Of a stretch of 64,000 nt of DNA, positions 1 through 13,762 are shown in pieces. The notes under the pieces are model-generated. The model was not told the origin of the DNA, did no database searches, and saw nothing but the letters and a program-made list of their open reading frames with translations. The translations under genes and the position numbers were made by a program. Each line of letters opens with the position of its first letter. Position 1 is the stretch's first letter. This DNA comes from the human T2T-CHM13v2.0 reference genome, Homo sapiens. The stretch lies in the NCBI RefSeq assembly GCF_009914755.1, contig NC_060945.1, one strand, 5' to 3'.

Positions 1-469
1 AGCCCTGTTGTCTCCAATATTGGAATCTCTAGCCTTGTTTTCTCAGACGCCTAGATTACAGGCCTCTCTCTTGAACACCTATTGGTATGGTATCTGGGGA
101 TTCTTTAAATACACGGTGATTGGCAGGGGTTACATAGTGGAAATCAGTGCCTGACAATTCGCCTTCCAGGATATGGACTGTCATTCCCTCTCTTGGTCCC
201 CCTCAGTCTCTTATCCATAAAAGTAGAGATTGTAATACTCATTTGAATTGCAGATACCTCAACCCGAACCCACCTAACATAATGTAAAAGCCAAGAATGC
301 AACCCCTTTCCTCACCCCGTGAAGGTAAAGCTCTCAGAGCCAAGGAGAGAAGGCTCAGGGATGGTATCTGGGTGTTTCCAATGCTAACCATGTATTGTAG
401 TTTTTAGTGTGCAAGTTTAAGCTTCCCCAGCTTTAATTCTATTGTAACAAGATTTATTTTTGTAATTCC

Positions 470-680
470 ATTTTTGGATTCTTGATTTATTGGTAAAGAA
501 AGAAATACAGTTATTTTTGTATACCAATCTTATATAGTGTTACATTCTTAAATTTGTTCATGAGTCCTAACACTTTTTAGTAAATTTCTTATGATTTTCT
601 AAATGCAAGATCATGTCATCTGTACATAAAGACAACTGTACTTCTTCCTTTGCAATCTAGATGCCGTTTATTTATTTACG
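470..680 (-). mobile_element. Old L1M ORF2 fragment
   Basis: Antisense L1 RT-region text (ttttctaaatgcaagatcatgtcatctgtacataaagacaac...cttcttcctttgcaatc), highly diverged. Confidence 0.65.
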
Positions 681-704
681 TTGCCAAGTTGTCCCAGCTA
701 CCAC

Positions 705-788
705 TGTTATCAAGTAAAAGGGTCTCACTGCCCAAAGCACAAGAAGCCGGTACCATGACACTGAGTTTTCGAGAAAAGAAAAAGTTTA
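705..788 (-). mobile_element. ERV1 (MER4-group-like) LTR 3' end fragment
   Basis: Starts TGTTA (reverse complement of an LTR ...AACA end), followed by U5-like gggtctcactgccc...gagaaaagaaaaagttta; truncated against L1. Confidence 0.4.
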
Positions 789-815
789 AAGTCAAACCAA
801 AACCTATGGGGTACA

Positions 816-1131
<316 letters not shown>

Positions 1132-1559
1132 CTATGGGATAAAGTAAAAATAGTACTACAGTACTAAGAGGTAAGTTTATAGAAAAAAGCACCTACATCA
1201 AAAAAAAGTAGAAAAGCTTCAAATAAACAACTTAATAATGCATCTTAAATAATTAGAAAAGCAAGAGCAAACCAAAACCAAAATTAGTAGAAGGAAACAT
1301 AGCAAAGATCGGAGCAGAAATAAATGAAATTGAAATTTAAAAATATAAAATATCAATGAAATGAAAAGTTAATATTTTTTAAAAGACCAACAAAGTCAAC
1401 AAACATTTAACCAGACTAAGAAAAAAGAGAGAAGAATCAAATACATAAAGCCAGAGATTAAAGAGGAGACACTATAACTGATACTGTGGAAATTCAAAGA
1501 ATCATTAGAAACTATTATGACCGACTATATTCCAATAAATTGAAAAACCTGGAAGAAAT

Positions 1560-1854
<295 letters not shown>

Positions 1855-3228
1855 CTAGAAGAAATGGATAAATGAAATTGAAGCCATAATAAAACATCTC
1901 CTAGCAAAGAAAAGCCTGGATTCAATGGCTTTACTGGCTTCACTGATTAATTTTACCAAACATTGAAGGCAGAATTACTATCAATCCTACTCAAACTATT
2001 CCAAAAAACAGAGAAGGCTGTAGTATTTCCAAACTCATCCTATGAAAAAGACCATTCATCATGTCTAAGTGGGATTTATCCCGAGGATGCCAACATAGTT
2101 CAACATATGCAAATCAATAAAGGTGACACATCATATCAACAGAATGAAGGACAAAAACCATATGATAATTTCAATTGATGCTAAAAAGCATTTAATAAAA
2201 TTCAACATCCCTGTGATAAAAAGAAACCCTCAAAAAAAACTAGATATAGAAGGAACATACCACAACACAATAAAAACCATATGCAACAGACCCACAGCTA
2301 GTATCATCCTGAACAGGGAAAAGCTGAAAGCCTTTCTTCTAAGATCTGGAACAAGACAAGAATGTCCACTTCCAACACTGTTACTCAACATAGTACTGGA
2401 AGTCCTAGCTAGAGCAATTCAGACAAGAGAAAAACAATAAAAGGGATCCAAATTAGAAAGAAGTAAAATTATTACTGTTTTCTTGTTTGCAGATGATTTG
2501 ATCTTATATTTGGAAAAACCTAAGGACTCCACCAAAAAACTATTAGAACTGATCAACAAATTCAGAGTCACAGGATACAAAATCAAACTACAAAAGTCAG
2601 TAGCATTTCTAAATGACAAAAATGAACAATCTAAAGAAGAAAATCAAGAATGTAATCCCATTTACAATAACTACAAATAAAATAAAATATATGGGAATAA
2701 ACATAACAGAAGAAGTGAAAGATCTCTACAATGAAAACTATAAAACATCAATGCAAAAAAATTAAAGAGGACACCAAAAAAAAAAAAAAAGGAAAGATAG
2801 TCCATGTTCATTGATTGGAAGAGTAAATATTGTTAAAATACCCATACTTCACAAAGCGATCTACAGATTCAATGCAATCTCTATTGAAATACTAATAACA
2901 CTCTTCACAGAAATAGAAAAAAATTCCTAAAATTTATACGAAACCATAAAAGACCCAGAATACCAAAAGCCATCCTGAGCAAAAAGAACAATACTGGAAG
3001 AATCACATCACCTGACTTTAAATTATAGTACAGAGCAATTGTAAACAAAACACCATGGTACTGGCATAAAACAGACACATAGACCAATGGAACAGAATAG
3101 AGAACCCAGAAATAAATCCATACATTTACAATTAACTCATTTTCAATGAAGGTGCCAAGAATATACATGGGGGAGAGGATAGTCTCTTCAACAAATTGTG
3201 CTGGGAAAACTAGATATTCATTGGCAGA

Positions 3229-3497
3229 TTTTTTTTTTTTTTTTTTTGAGATGGAGTCTAGCTCTGTTGCTCAGGCTGGAGTGCAGTGGCGCGATCTGGG
3301 CTCACTGCAAGCTCCACCTCCCGGGTTCACACCATTCTCCTCCTCAGCCTCCCAAGTAGCTGGGAGTACAGGCGCCCGCCACCATGCCTGGCTAATTTTT
3401 TTTTTTTGTATTTTTAGTAGAGACGGAGTTTCACCATGTTAACCAGGATGGTCTCGATCTCCTGCCCCCATGATCTGCCCACCTCGGCCTCCCAAAG
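3229..3497 (-). mobile_element. AluY-like SINE, 5'-truncated
   Basis: Poly-T, Alu body ending at cccaaag; TSD TCATTGGCAGA at 3218 and 3498. Confidence 0.93.
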
Positions 3498-3933
3498 TCA
3501 TTGGCAGAATAATTAAGAATAATTAAACTAGAACCCCCTCTTGCACTATATACAAAAATCAAATCCAAATGGGTTAAAGACTTAAATCAAAGACACGAAA
3601 CTACTAAAAGTAAACATTAGGGAAACTCTCCAGGAAATTGGTCTTGGCACAGATTTCTTGAGTAATACTCCAAAAGCTCAGGCAACCAAAGCTAAAATGA
3701 ACAAGTGGTATCACATCAAGTTCAAAAGTTTCTGCATAGTAAAGAAAACAATGGGCAAAGTGAAAAGACAATCCACAGAATGGAAGAAAATATTTGCAAA
3801 CTATATATCTGACAAGGGATTAAAAACCAGAATATATAAGGAGCCCAAACAACTCTATAAGAAAAAAACTAACAATCCAATTATTTAAATGGGCAAAAGA
3901 TCTGAACAGACATTTCTCAAAAGAAGGCACCCA

Positions 3934-4220
3934 GGTCAGGCGCAGTGGCTCACACCTGTAATTCCAGCACTTTGGGGAGCCAAGACGGGTGGGACACTTG
4001 AGCCCAGGAGTTCAAGACCAACCTGAACAACATAGCAAATAATTTTAAAAACTACCTGGGCATGGTGATGCCTGCCTGTGGTCCCAGCTACTCAGGAGGC
4101 TGAGGTGGGAGGATTGCTTGAACCCTGGCAGTCAACATTACATTAAGCCGTGGTCATACCACTGCACTCCAGCCTGGGCGACAGAGTGACACGCTGTCTC
4201 AAAAAATGAACAAAAACAAA
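3934..4220 (+). mobile_element. AluJ SINE
   Basis: Diverged dimer (cttgagcccaggagttc, ggaggattgcttga) with a small linker deletion. Confidence 0.9.
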
Positions 4221-4875
4221 AAAGAAGATATATAAATGTCAAATAGGTATATGAAAAGATGCTCAATATCATTGATCATCAGAGAAATTGAAATCAAAAC
4301 TACAATAAGATAGCAACTTACCCCATTAAAATGGCTTTTATGCAAAAGACAGGCAATAACAAATGCTTTCAAGAATGTGGGGAAAAGGGAACTCTCTTAC
4401 TCTGTTGGTGGGAATGTAAATTAGTATATTCACTATGGAGAAAAATATGGAGGTCCCTCAAAAAATTAAAAATAGAACTATCATATGATACAGCAATCCC
4501 ACTGCTGGGTATATACCCAAGAGAGGGAAAATTAGTATATCAAAGAGATATCTGCATTCCCATATTTATTTCAGCACTACTCATAATAACCAAGATTTGG
4601 AAGCAACCTAAGTGTGCATCAACAGATGAAGGGATAAAGAAAATGTAGTACATATACACAAGGGAGTACTCTTCGGCCATGAAAAAGAATAAGATTCTGT
4701 CATTTGCAACAACATGGATGGAACTAGAGGACATTATGTTAAGTAAAATGAGCCAGGCACAGAAAGACAGACTTTACATGTTCTCACTCATTTGTGGGAG
4801 CTAAAAATTAAAACAATTGAACTCATCAAGATAGAGAGTAGACTGAGAGTTTCCAGAGGCTGGGAAGAGTAGTGG

Positions 4876-5391
4876 TGTTACGGGATCTTTGGGGTGTTAC
4901 TTTTCTGGACAGAAACCTCTATGGCTGGTGGCACCTTTGCCCGAGCTTTGCTGGGCCCTGCACACTCAGCCTGGCAGGCTGTGCTCAGCTCATGCTACCA
5001 CGTTGGATCCCATGCCTGCCAAGGGAGACTGCGTGGAGTGGCAAGGGGTGTGTGAGTGAGCATGGGGTCTGGCCACTGTGCAGTCAGATCTGCTGGCTGC
5101 TGCAGTGGGGCAGGTGGCTCCAAGTGCCAACACGGGCGCCAGCTCTCCACAAGGCTGTGGCTGGACCACGGGCACCTCAACCAGCTTCCATAGCTGGCAC
5201 ACTGGGAACACAGTGGCACCCAGAATCTTGGAGATATCAGGAACCAAAGGGCCCCAAAGAAGGACCTGGCTCGGGAAGCTCCCAGGTCTGGGCTCCCCAA
5301 AGGGCCACAGCTCTTCTTTCCTTCTCTTTGCCCACAATGTGGTGAGCAAGGGGCATGTCTCAGCCCTGTTTGTGTTACAGCTCTTTCAGCC
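4876..5391 (-). mobile_element. MER52-like ERV1 LTR, 3' portion only
   Basis: Begins TGTTACGGGATCTTTGGGGTG (reverse complement of the recalled MER52 3' end); GC-rich body; ends at gtgttacagctctttcagcc. Confidence 0.75.
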
Positions 5392-5439
5392 TCTTCCCTA
5401 GGATTTGTCATAATTAATTCCCATATCATCTTATTTTTT

Positions 5440-6100
5440 ACATGTGTTTGAACTTCAGAAGATGTATGGATCTAAACACAACATGATGTGTTAGCTAGCT
5501 GCCATATGAGCTTCTCCCTGTTTCACCACTATGTAGCCTAAAGTTATTCCGTCATCCATGACTATCCTGTCTAAAGAGTCTGAAGATCTTTATTTGGTAG
5601 CTATGGCTTCAGCTAGTTCATTTGCTAAGTTACCTAGAGTGGTTGACAGATTTCTAATTATACGTTCATGAGAGGTTACTCCCCACCATTGCAAGAGACT
5701 TCTGCCAAACATAGGCCAAAATTCATCTCCTTGGTTTGCAGGTACAGTTTGTCTAATCCTGGAAAATAATTTCAATGAACTACTTCAGCGTTCAGAAACA
5801 TTGGAGTTATAAATAGAAAGAGGAAGAGCCACATAACCTAATAGACAATTACCTCTCATATGCCAGTGGTCAACACATTCATAAGCCCATGTGTGCTTGA
5901 TCCAGGGACCACACAGGGTCCCTGATGGATTCTGAAATTTAAGGCTTTGGATTACTGGTAACAGAGACATGTTAAAGTACATGTCTTCAGTCTTGAGTAG
6001 AGTGTAATCAGTCTGATTTCTTTTTTTTTTAACGAGACAAACATGAGGTAAAGACCTTGACAAGAAGGAAGAGAAATCCCGAGATTCTATAATCATAATA
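5440..6100 (-). pseudogene. env: Degraded gammaretroviral-type env (SU end and TM ectodomain)
   Basis: Translates to IIRNLSTTLGNLANELAEAI...SLDRIVMDDGITLGYIVVKQG (immunosuppressive-domain-like) and, after a frameshift, NTSCCV*IHTSSEV (CX6CC-like). Confidence 0.75.
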
Positions 6101-6801
6101 ATCGAATTGTAATTGCTAGTTTAAGTAGTCCTTCAAAAATACATCTCATTCCTGACAGGATAAAACAAGTTTTATAAAATATATTATATCTGGGTTCACT
6201 AGGGAACACTTGGAGCCAGGAAATAATTCAGGATTCAGACCAAATTATAGGCAAATAATAAAAACTCAGAAAAAATGATCAGGGCTGGAATCTAATAGCA
6301 TATGTCACAGTTTTCTTTTGGAACATAAATTTTCTCTCTCTAGTCCATCATTTTATCAAAGACAAATCATAGTAGGACAAATTTCTGTGCAAAATAAGTT
6401 TTAGTCTTATCATACCTGGCCTGATTATTTGCATAAAGTGCAGCAAGAATATGTATTGACCATATAGGCTTCTTAAAATTGGCTTTGTTGGAACTATTTA
6501 ATAAGGAATCTTAGACTTTTAAAAGCCTTGAGACTAGCCAAGTCAAAGATTTGCATCATACTGTGTCTGTAATACTTTTTTTAACCTACTTTTTTTTTAT
6601 TATACTTTAAGTTGTGGGGTACACGTGCAGAATGCACAGGTTTGTTACATAGGTATACATGTGCTGTGGTGGTTTGCTGCACCCATCAACCCATCACCTA
6701 TATTAGGTATTTGTCCTAATGCTTTCCCTCCCCCCGCCCCCACCCCCCAACACGCCCCAGTGTGTGATGTTCCCCTCCCTGTGTCCTTGTGTTCTCGTTG
6801 T

Positions 6802-9800
6802 TCAACTCCCACTTATGAGTGAGAACATGTGGTGTTTTGTTTTCTGTTCTTGTGTTAGTTTGCTGAGAATGACGGTTTCCAGCTTCATCCATGTCCCTAC
6901 AAAGGACATGAACTCATCCTTTTTTATGGCTGCATAGTATTCTATGGTGTATATGTGCCACATTTTCTTTATCCAGTCTATAATTGATGGGCATTTGGGT
7001 TGGTTCCAAGTCTTTGTTATTGTGAACAGTCCTGCAATAAACATACGTGTGCATTTGTCTTTATGGTAGAATGATTTATAATCCTTTGGGTATATACCCA
7101 GTAATGGGATTGCTGGGCCAAATGGTATTTCTAGTCCTAGATCCTTGAGGAATAGCCACACTGTCTTCCACAATGGTTGAACTAATTTACACTCCCACCA
7201 ACAGTGTAAAAGCATTCCTATTTCTCCACACCCTCTCCAGTATCTGTTATTTCCTGACTTTTTAATGATCACCATTCTAACTGGCATGAGATGGTATCTC
7301 ATTGTGGTTTTGATTTGCATTTCTCTAATGACTAGTCATGATGAGCTTTTTTTCATATGTTTGTTGGTTGCATAATTGTCCTCTTTTAAGAAGTGTCTGT
7401 TCACATCCTTTGCCCACTTTTTGATGGGATTGTTCTTTCTTGTAAATTTGTTTAAGTTCTTTGTAGATTCTGGATATTAGCCCTTTGTCAGATGGATAGA
7501 TTGCAAAAATTTTCTCCCATTTTGGAGGTTGCTCGTTCACTCTCACAGTTTCTTTTGCTTTCCAGAAGCGCTTTAGTTTAATTAGGTCCCATTTGTCAAT
7601 TTTGTTTTTTTGTCATTGTTTTTGGTGCTTTAGTCATGAAGTCTTTGCCCATGCCTACGTCCTGAATGGTATTGCCTAGGTTTTCCTCTAGGGTTTTTAT
7701 GGCTTTAGGTATTAAGTTTAAGTCTTTAATCCATCTTGAGTTAATTTTTATATAAGGTGTACGGAAGGGATCCAGTTTCAGCTTTCTGCCTAAGGCTAGC
7801 CAGTTTTCCCAACACCATTTATTAAATAAGGAATCCTTTACCCAGTGCTTGTTTTTCTCAGGTTTGTCAAAGATCAGATGGTTGTAGATATGTGGTGTTG
7901 TTTCTGAGGGTTCTGTTCTGTTCCTTTGATCTATATATCTGTTTTGGTACCAGTACCATGCTGTTTTGGTTACCGTTGCCTTGTAGTATAGTTTGAAGTC
8001 AGGTAGCATGATGCTTCCAGCTTTGTTCTTTTTGCTTAGGATTGTCTTGGCTATTCGGGCTCTTTTTTGATTCCATATGAAATTTAAAATATATTTTTCC
8101 AATTCCGTGGAGAAAGTCAATGGTAGTTTAATGGGGATAGCAGTGAATCTATAAATTTCTTTGGGTAGTATGGCCATTTTCATGATATTGATTCTTCCTA
8201 TCAATGAGCATGGAGTGTTTTTCCATTTGTTTGTGTCCTCTCTTTTTCCTTGAGGAGTGGTTTGTAGTTCTCCTTGAAGAGGTCCTTCACATCATTGTAA
8301 GTTGTATTCCTAGGTATTTCATTCTTGTTGTAGCAATGGCGAATGGGAGTTCACTCATAGTTTGGCTCTCTGTTTGTCTGTTATTGGTGAATAAGAAAGC
8401 TTGTGATTTTTGCACATTGATTTTGTATCCTGAAACTTTGCTGAAGTTGCTTATCAGCTTAAGGAAATTTTGGGCTGAGACGATGGGGTTTTCTAAATAT
8501 ATAATCATGTCATCTGCAAACAGAGACAATTTGACTTCTTCTTTTCCTAATTGAATACGCTTTATTTCTTTCTCTTGCCTGATTACCCTGGCCAGAGCTT
8601 CCAACACTATGTGGAATAGGAGTAGTGAGAGAGGGCATCCTTGTCTTGTGCTGATTTTCAAAGGGAGTGCTTCCAGTTTTTGCACATTCAGTATGTTATT
8701 GGCTGTGAGTTTGTCATAAATAGCACTTAATATTTTGAGATATGTTCCATCGATACCAGTTTATTCAGAGTTTTTAGCACGAAGGGCTGTTGAATTTTGT
8801 CAAAGGCCTTTTCTGCATCTATTGAGATAATCATGTAGTTTTTGTCATTGATTCCGTTTATATGATGGATTACATTTATTGATTTGCATGTTGAACCAGC
8901 CTTGCATCCCAGGGATGAAGTCAACTTGGTCATGGTGGACAAGATTTTTGATGTGCTGCTGGATTCAGTTTTCCAGTATTTTATTCAGGATTTCTGCATT
9001 GATGTTCATCAGGGCTATTGGCCTAAAATTTTCTTTTTTTGTTGTGTCCTTGCCAGGTTTTGGTATCAAGATGATCCTGGCCTCATAAAATGAATTAGGG
9101 AGGATTCTTTCTTTTTCTATTGTTTGGAATAGTTTCAGAAGGAATGGTACCAGCTCCTCTTTGTACCTCTGGTAGAATTTGGCTGTGAATCCGTCTGGTC
9201 CTGGATTTTTTTTCGTTGGTAGGCTATTGATTAATGCCTCAATTTCAGAACTTGTTATTGGTCTTTTCAGGAATTTGACTTCTTCCTGGTTTAGTCTTGG
9301 TAGAATTCTCTGATGATAATTTGTATTTCTGTGGGACCAGTGGTGATATCCCCTTAATCATTTTTTATTGCATCTATTTGATTCTTCTCTCTTTTCTTCT
9401 TTACTAGTCTGGCAAGTAGTCTGTTTTGTTGATCTTTTCAAAAAACCGGCTCCTGGATTCATTGATTTTTTGAAGAGTTTTTCGTGTCTCTATCTCCTTC
9501 AATTCTGCTCTGATCTTATTTATGTCTTGCCTTCTGCTAGCTTTTGAATTTACTTGTTCTTGCTTCTCTAGCTCTTTTAATTTTGATGTTAAGGTGTCAA
9601 TTTTAGATCTTTCCTGCTTTCTCTTGTGGGCATTTAGTGCTATAAATTTCCCTCTACACACTGCTTTAAAAGTGTCCCAGGGATTCTGGTACGTTGTGTC
9701 TTGGTTCTCATTGGTTTTGAAGAACATCTTTATTTCTGCCTTCATTTCGTTATTTACCCAGTAGTCATTCAGGAGCAGGTTGCCCAGTTTCCATGTAGTT

Positions 9801-10527
9801 GTGAGGTTTTGAGTGAGTTTCTTAATCCTGTATACTAATTTGAATACATTGTGGTCTGAGAGACTGTTTGTTATGATTTCCATTATTTTGCATTTCCTGA
9901 GGAGTGTTTTACTTCCAATTATGTGGTCAATTTTAGAATAAGTGCAATGTGGTGCTGAGAAGAAGGTACATTCTGTTGATTTGGGGTGGAGAGTTCTGTA
10001 GATATCTTTTAGGTCCACTTGGTCCAGAGCTGAGTTCAAGTCCTGGATATTCTTGTTAATTTTCTGTCTCATCTATCTAATATTGACAGTGGAGTGTTAA
10101 AGTCTCCCACTATTATTGTGTGGGAGTCTAAGTCTCTTTGTAGGTCTTTAAGAACTTGCTTTATGAATCTGAGTGCTCCTGTATTGGGTGCATATATGTC
10201 TAGGATAGTTAGCCCTTCTTGTTGCATTGATCCCTTTACCATTATGTAATGCCCTTCTTTGTCTCTTTTTATCTTTGTTGGCTTAAGATCTGTTTTATCA
10301 GAAACTAGGATTGCAACCCCTGCTTTTTGTTGCTTTCCACTTGCTTGTTAAATGTTCCTTCATCCCTTTATTTTGAGCCTATTTGTATGAGATGGGTCTC
10401 CTGAATACAGCACATTGATGGGTCTTGACTCTTTATCCAATTTGCCAGTCTGTGTCTTTCAATTGGGGGCATTTAGCTCATTTACATTTAAGGTTAATAT
10501 TGTTATGTGTGAATTTGATCCTGTCAT
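6802..10527 (-). pseudogene. L1 ORF2 (endonuclease/RT), multiply disrupted
   Basis: ATGACAGGATCAAAT start at 10527; fragments with [12 protein letters not shown] and the C-terminal CWWECKLV...HMFSLISGS. Confidence 0.9.
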
Positions 10528-10590
10528 TATGATACTAGGTGGTAATTTTGCTCATTAGTTGATGCAGTTTTTTCATAGTGTCAATTGTCT

Positions 10591-11613
10591 TTATAATTTG
10601 GTATGTTTTTGCAGTGGCTGTTACCAGTTGTTCCTTTCCATGTTTAGTGCTTCCTTCAGAAGTTCTTGTAAGGCAGGCCTGGTGGTGACAATATCTCTCA
10701 GCATTTGCTTGAAAAGGATTTTATTTCTCCTTCAATTATGAAGCTTAGTTTGGCTGGATATGAAATTCTGGCTTGAAAATTCTTTTCTTTAGGAATGTTG
10801 TATATTGGCCCCCACTCTCTTCTGGCTTGTAGGCTTTCTGCCAAGAGATCCACTGTTAGTCTGATGGGCTTCCCTTTGTGGGTAACTCAACCTTTCTCTC
10901 TGGCTGCCCTTATTATTTTTTCCCTCATTTCAACCTTGGTGAATCTGATGACTTTGTGTCTTGGGGTTGCTCTTCTTGAGGAGTATCTTAGTGGCGTTCT
11001 CTGTATTTCCTGAATTTGAATGTTGGCCTGTCTTCCTGGGTTGGGGAATTTCTCCTGGATAATATCCTTAAGAATGTTTTCCAACTTGGTTCCATTCTCT
11101 CTGTCACTTTCAGGTACACCAATCAAACATAGACTCAGTGTTTTAACATAGTCCTCTATTTCTTGGAGGCTTTGTTCATTTCTTTTCACTCTTTTTTCTC
11201 TAATCTTGTCTTCTTGCTTAATTTCTTTGAGTTGATCTTCAATCTGTGATATCCTTTCTCCTGCTTGATTGATTCAGCTATTGATACTTGTGTATGCTTC
11301 ATGAAGTTCTTGTGCTGGGTTTTTCAGCTCCATCAGGTCATTTATATTCTTCTCTAAACTGGTTATTCTAGTTAACAATTCGTCTAACTTTTTTTTTCAG
11401 GCTCTTAGCTTCCTTGCATTGGGTTAGAACATGCTCCTTTAGCTCGGAGGAGTTTGTTATTACCCGCCTTCTGAAGCCTACTTCTGTCAATTCGTCAAAC
11501 TCATTGTCTGTCCAGTTTTGTTCCCTTGCTGGCGGGGAGTTGTGATCTTCTGGAGGAGAAGAGGCATTCTGGCTTTTGGAGTTTTCAGCCTTTTTGCACT
11601 GGTTTCTCCCCAT
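10591..11613 (-). pseudogene. L1 ORF1, disrupted
   Basis: MGRNQCKKAENSK start; RATPRHKVIRFTKV and AAREKG motifs split over several frames. Confidence 0.9.
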
Positions 11614-12658
11614 CTTTGTGGATTTATCTACCTTTGGTCTTTGATGTTGGTGGTGTTGATACTATTCCTTTATGTTTGTTAGTTTTCCTTCTAACAGTCA
11701 GGTCCCTCTGCTGCAGGTTTGCTCGAGTTTGCTGGAGGTCCACTCCAGACCTGTTTGCCTGGGTGTCACCAGTGGAGGCTCAGTTGGAAATGCATGAACC
11801 ACCTGCCTTCTGTGTTGATCTCACTGGGTGCTGCAGGCCGGAGCTGTTCCTATTCAGACATCTTGCCAGCTCTCCCGTAATACTTTTATGAATGGGTGTA
11901 GTCCTCTCTTCTCAAGGTCCCCAAATATCTTGAGGTTCCTGGGCCCGTCAGAAAGTGACATTCTTTACTTCTTACCACAAGGACAGCAAATTTGTAAAGG
12001 ATCCTTGTAGACAGGACATCAAGCCAGTCATTCTAAGGGGCTTTGTATTGGTGCTATAAAGTCAACCTCAATTCCTTAAAGTGGTCTGGTTGTATCTGCC
12101 ATTCAAGTTAAAGCCTTGATAAAACAAACAGTGTCTCCAATTGAATCTTGTTACCAAAAACAGATTCTTATTGAAATTATGCAAATAATTATATTGCCAT
12201 AATTTAAGAATGCTCACGAATGGCTTCTGAATTCTGGAGAAATCTGCTAGAGAGACAGATAAATGGCTCAAATTTTTGTTCACAATGTAGTTTATCTAAT
12301 ATATTGTAAGTTAAAAATAGCTGAAAAGAAAAAAAATTCTTGACTTTGGAAAACAAAACATAAAGAGAATCAACAATGTTTCCAATGGAAAGGCCATGAA
12401 TAAAATCTTTTCCTTCTTTTATAAGTTCAGTCCCATGTAACTACAGCTTGTTCTGCTTGATTTCAAATAGCAATTCTCATTCAGTTTTTTGTGGTCTGCT
12501 TGATTTCAATTGGAAATTCTCATTCAGCTTTTTAGAGTCCTGGAAGATTTTCATAGTCCAATGGTATGATCCCCAAAGTTATCTGAAACCATATTTAAGA
12601 GAACTTGTCAGAGTCCTTTCCATTAAAAGTAATTTAGATGATAGCTGATTGTAAAGAC

Positions 12659-12981
12659 TTTTTTTTTTTTTTTGAGACACGGTCTGGCTCTATCACTCAG
12701 GATGGAGTGCAGTGACATGATCTTGGTTCACTGCAATCTCTCCCACCCAAACTCAAGCCATCCTCCTACCTCAGCCTCTGAAGTAGCTGGGACCATAGGC
12801 ATGCACCATCATGCCTGGCTAATTTTTGTATTCTTGTAGAGAGAGGATTTTACCATGTTGCCCAGGCTGCTTTAAAACTTCTGAGTTTAAGCAATTCACC
12901 CACCTCGGCCTTCCAAAGTGCTGGGATTTTTACACGCGCGAGCCACTGTGCCTTGCACGGCCTTCAGCACCGCGCCTGGCC
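12659..12981 (-). mobile_element. AluJ SINE with a doubled 5' end
   Basis: Poly-T plus dimer; TSD TGTAAAG. Confidence 0.9.
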
Positions 12982-13352
12982 TGTAAAGGGTTTTAGAGAA
13001 GAACTTTAAACAATCACCGTGGATGACAAAAACTTAGAGGAGCCTTTGGTTAAAATCCAGTGGAAGTTCTCAACTGGTGAGGAAATTTAGTTATTTCTAT
13101 TATATGTAGCATTTTAAGATAACAGCCAGAATCATGACTGACGGCAACACATCAGATCCATCAGACTTCCACAAATTTTATACAATCTTTAGAATATTTA
13201 TATTAATAATATATCTATACATATACAACTTTAGAGAATATTTAACATCATCAAAATTATCACTGATACCATATCAGATTTTTATAATTTATATAACATT
13301 TAAAATATTTATATTAATAATATACCTATAAATGTAACCAAAAGAAGATTTA

Positions 13353-13648
13353 GGCCAGGCACAGTGGCTCATGCCTGTAATCCCAACACTTTGGGAGGCC
13401 AAGTTGGACAGATCATCAGAGGTCAGGATTTCGACACCAGCCTGGCCAACATGGAGAAATCTTGTCTCTACTAAAAATACAAAATTAGCCGGGCGTGGTG
13501 GCATGTGTCTGTAGTCCCAGCTACTTGGGAGGTTGAGGCAGGAGAATCGCTTGAACCTTGGGGCAGAGGTTGCAGTGAACCTAGATCATGCCACTGCACT
13601 CCAGCCTGGGTGACAAAGCAAGATTCTGTCTCAGAGAGAAAAAAAAAA
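13353..13648 (+). mobile_element. AluS SINE
   Basis: Full dimer; TSD AAGATTTA. Confidence 0.93.
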
Positions 13649-13762
13649 GATTTAGTGTTACTTATCTTTTGGCAATGCTTGCCATACAATGTTATCAACT
13701 AAGTTTTAACAAAGATGTAAAAAAATTGAAAAGATTTGACCAAAACAGAATGACAGTTTATT

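Larger units (their letters stand above)
6580..11876 (-). mobile_element. L1PA7/8-like LINE-1 with both ends but a spliced 5'UTR (5.3 kb)
   Basis: TSD GTAATACTTTT at 6569-6579 and 11877-11887; 5' end ggcaagatgtctgaataggaacagctcc; ORF1, ORF2, 3'UTR and poly(A) present. Confidence 0.95.

Noticed and set aside
4872-5429. Four overlapping ORFs of 107-157 aa
   Set aside because: They result from the GC-rich MER52-like LTR having few stop codons.
12447-13330. Imperfect internal duplications (~48 bp at 12450-12532; AT-rich units at 13160-13330)
   Set aside because: Degenerate tandem duplication is typical of MER4-group internal sequence; there is no array structure.
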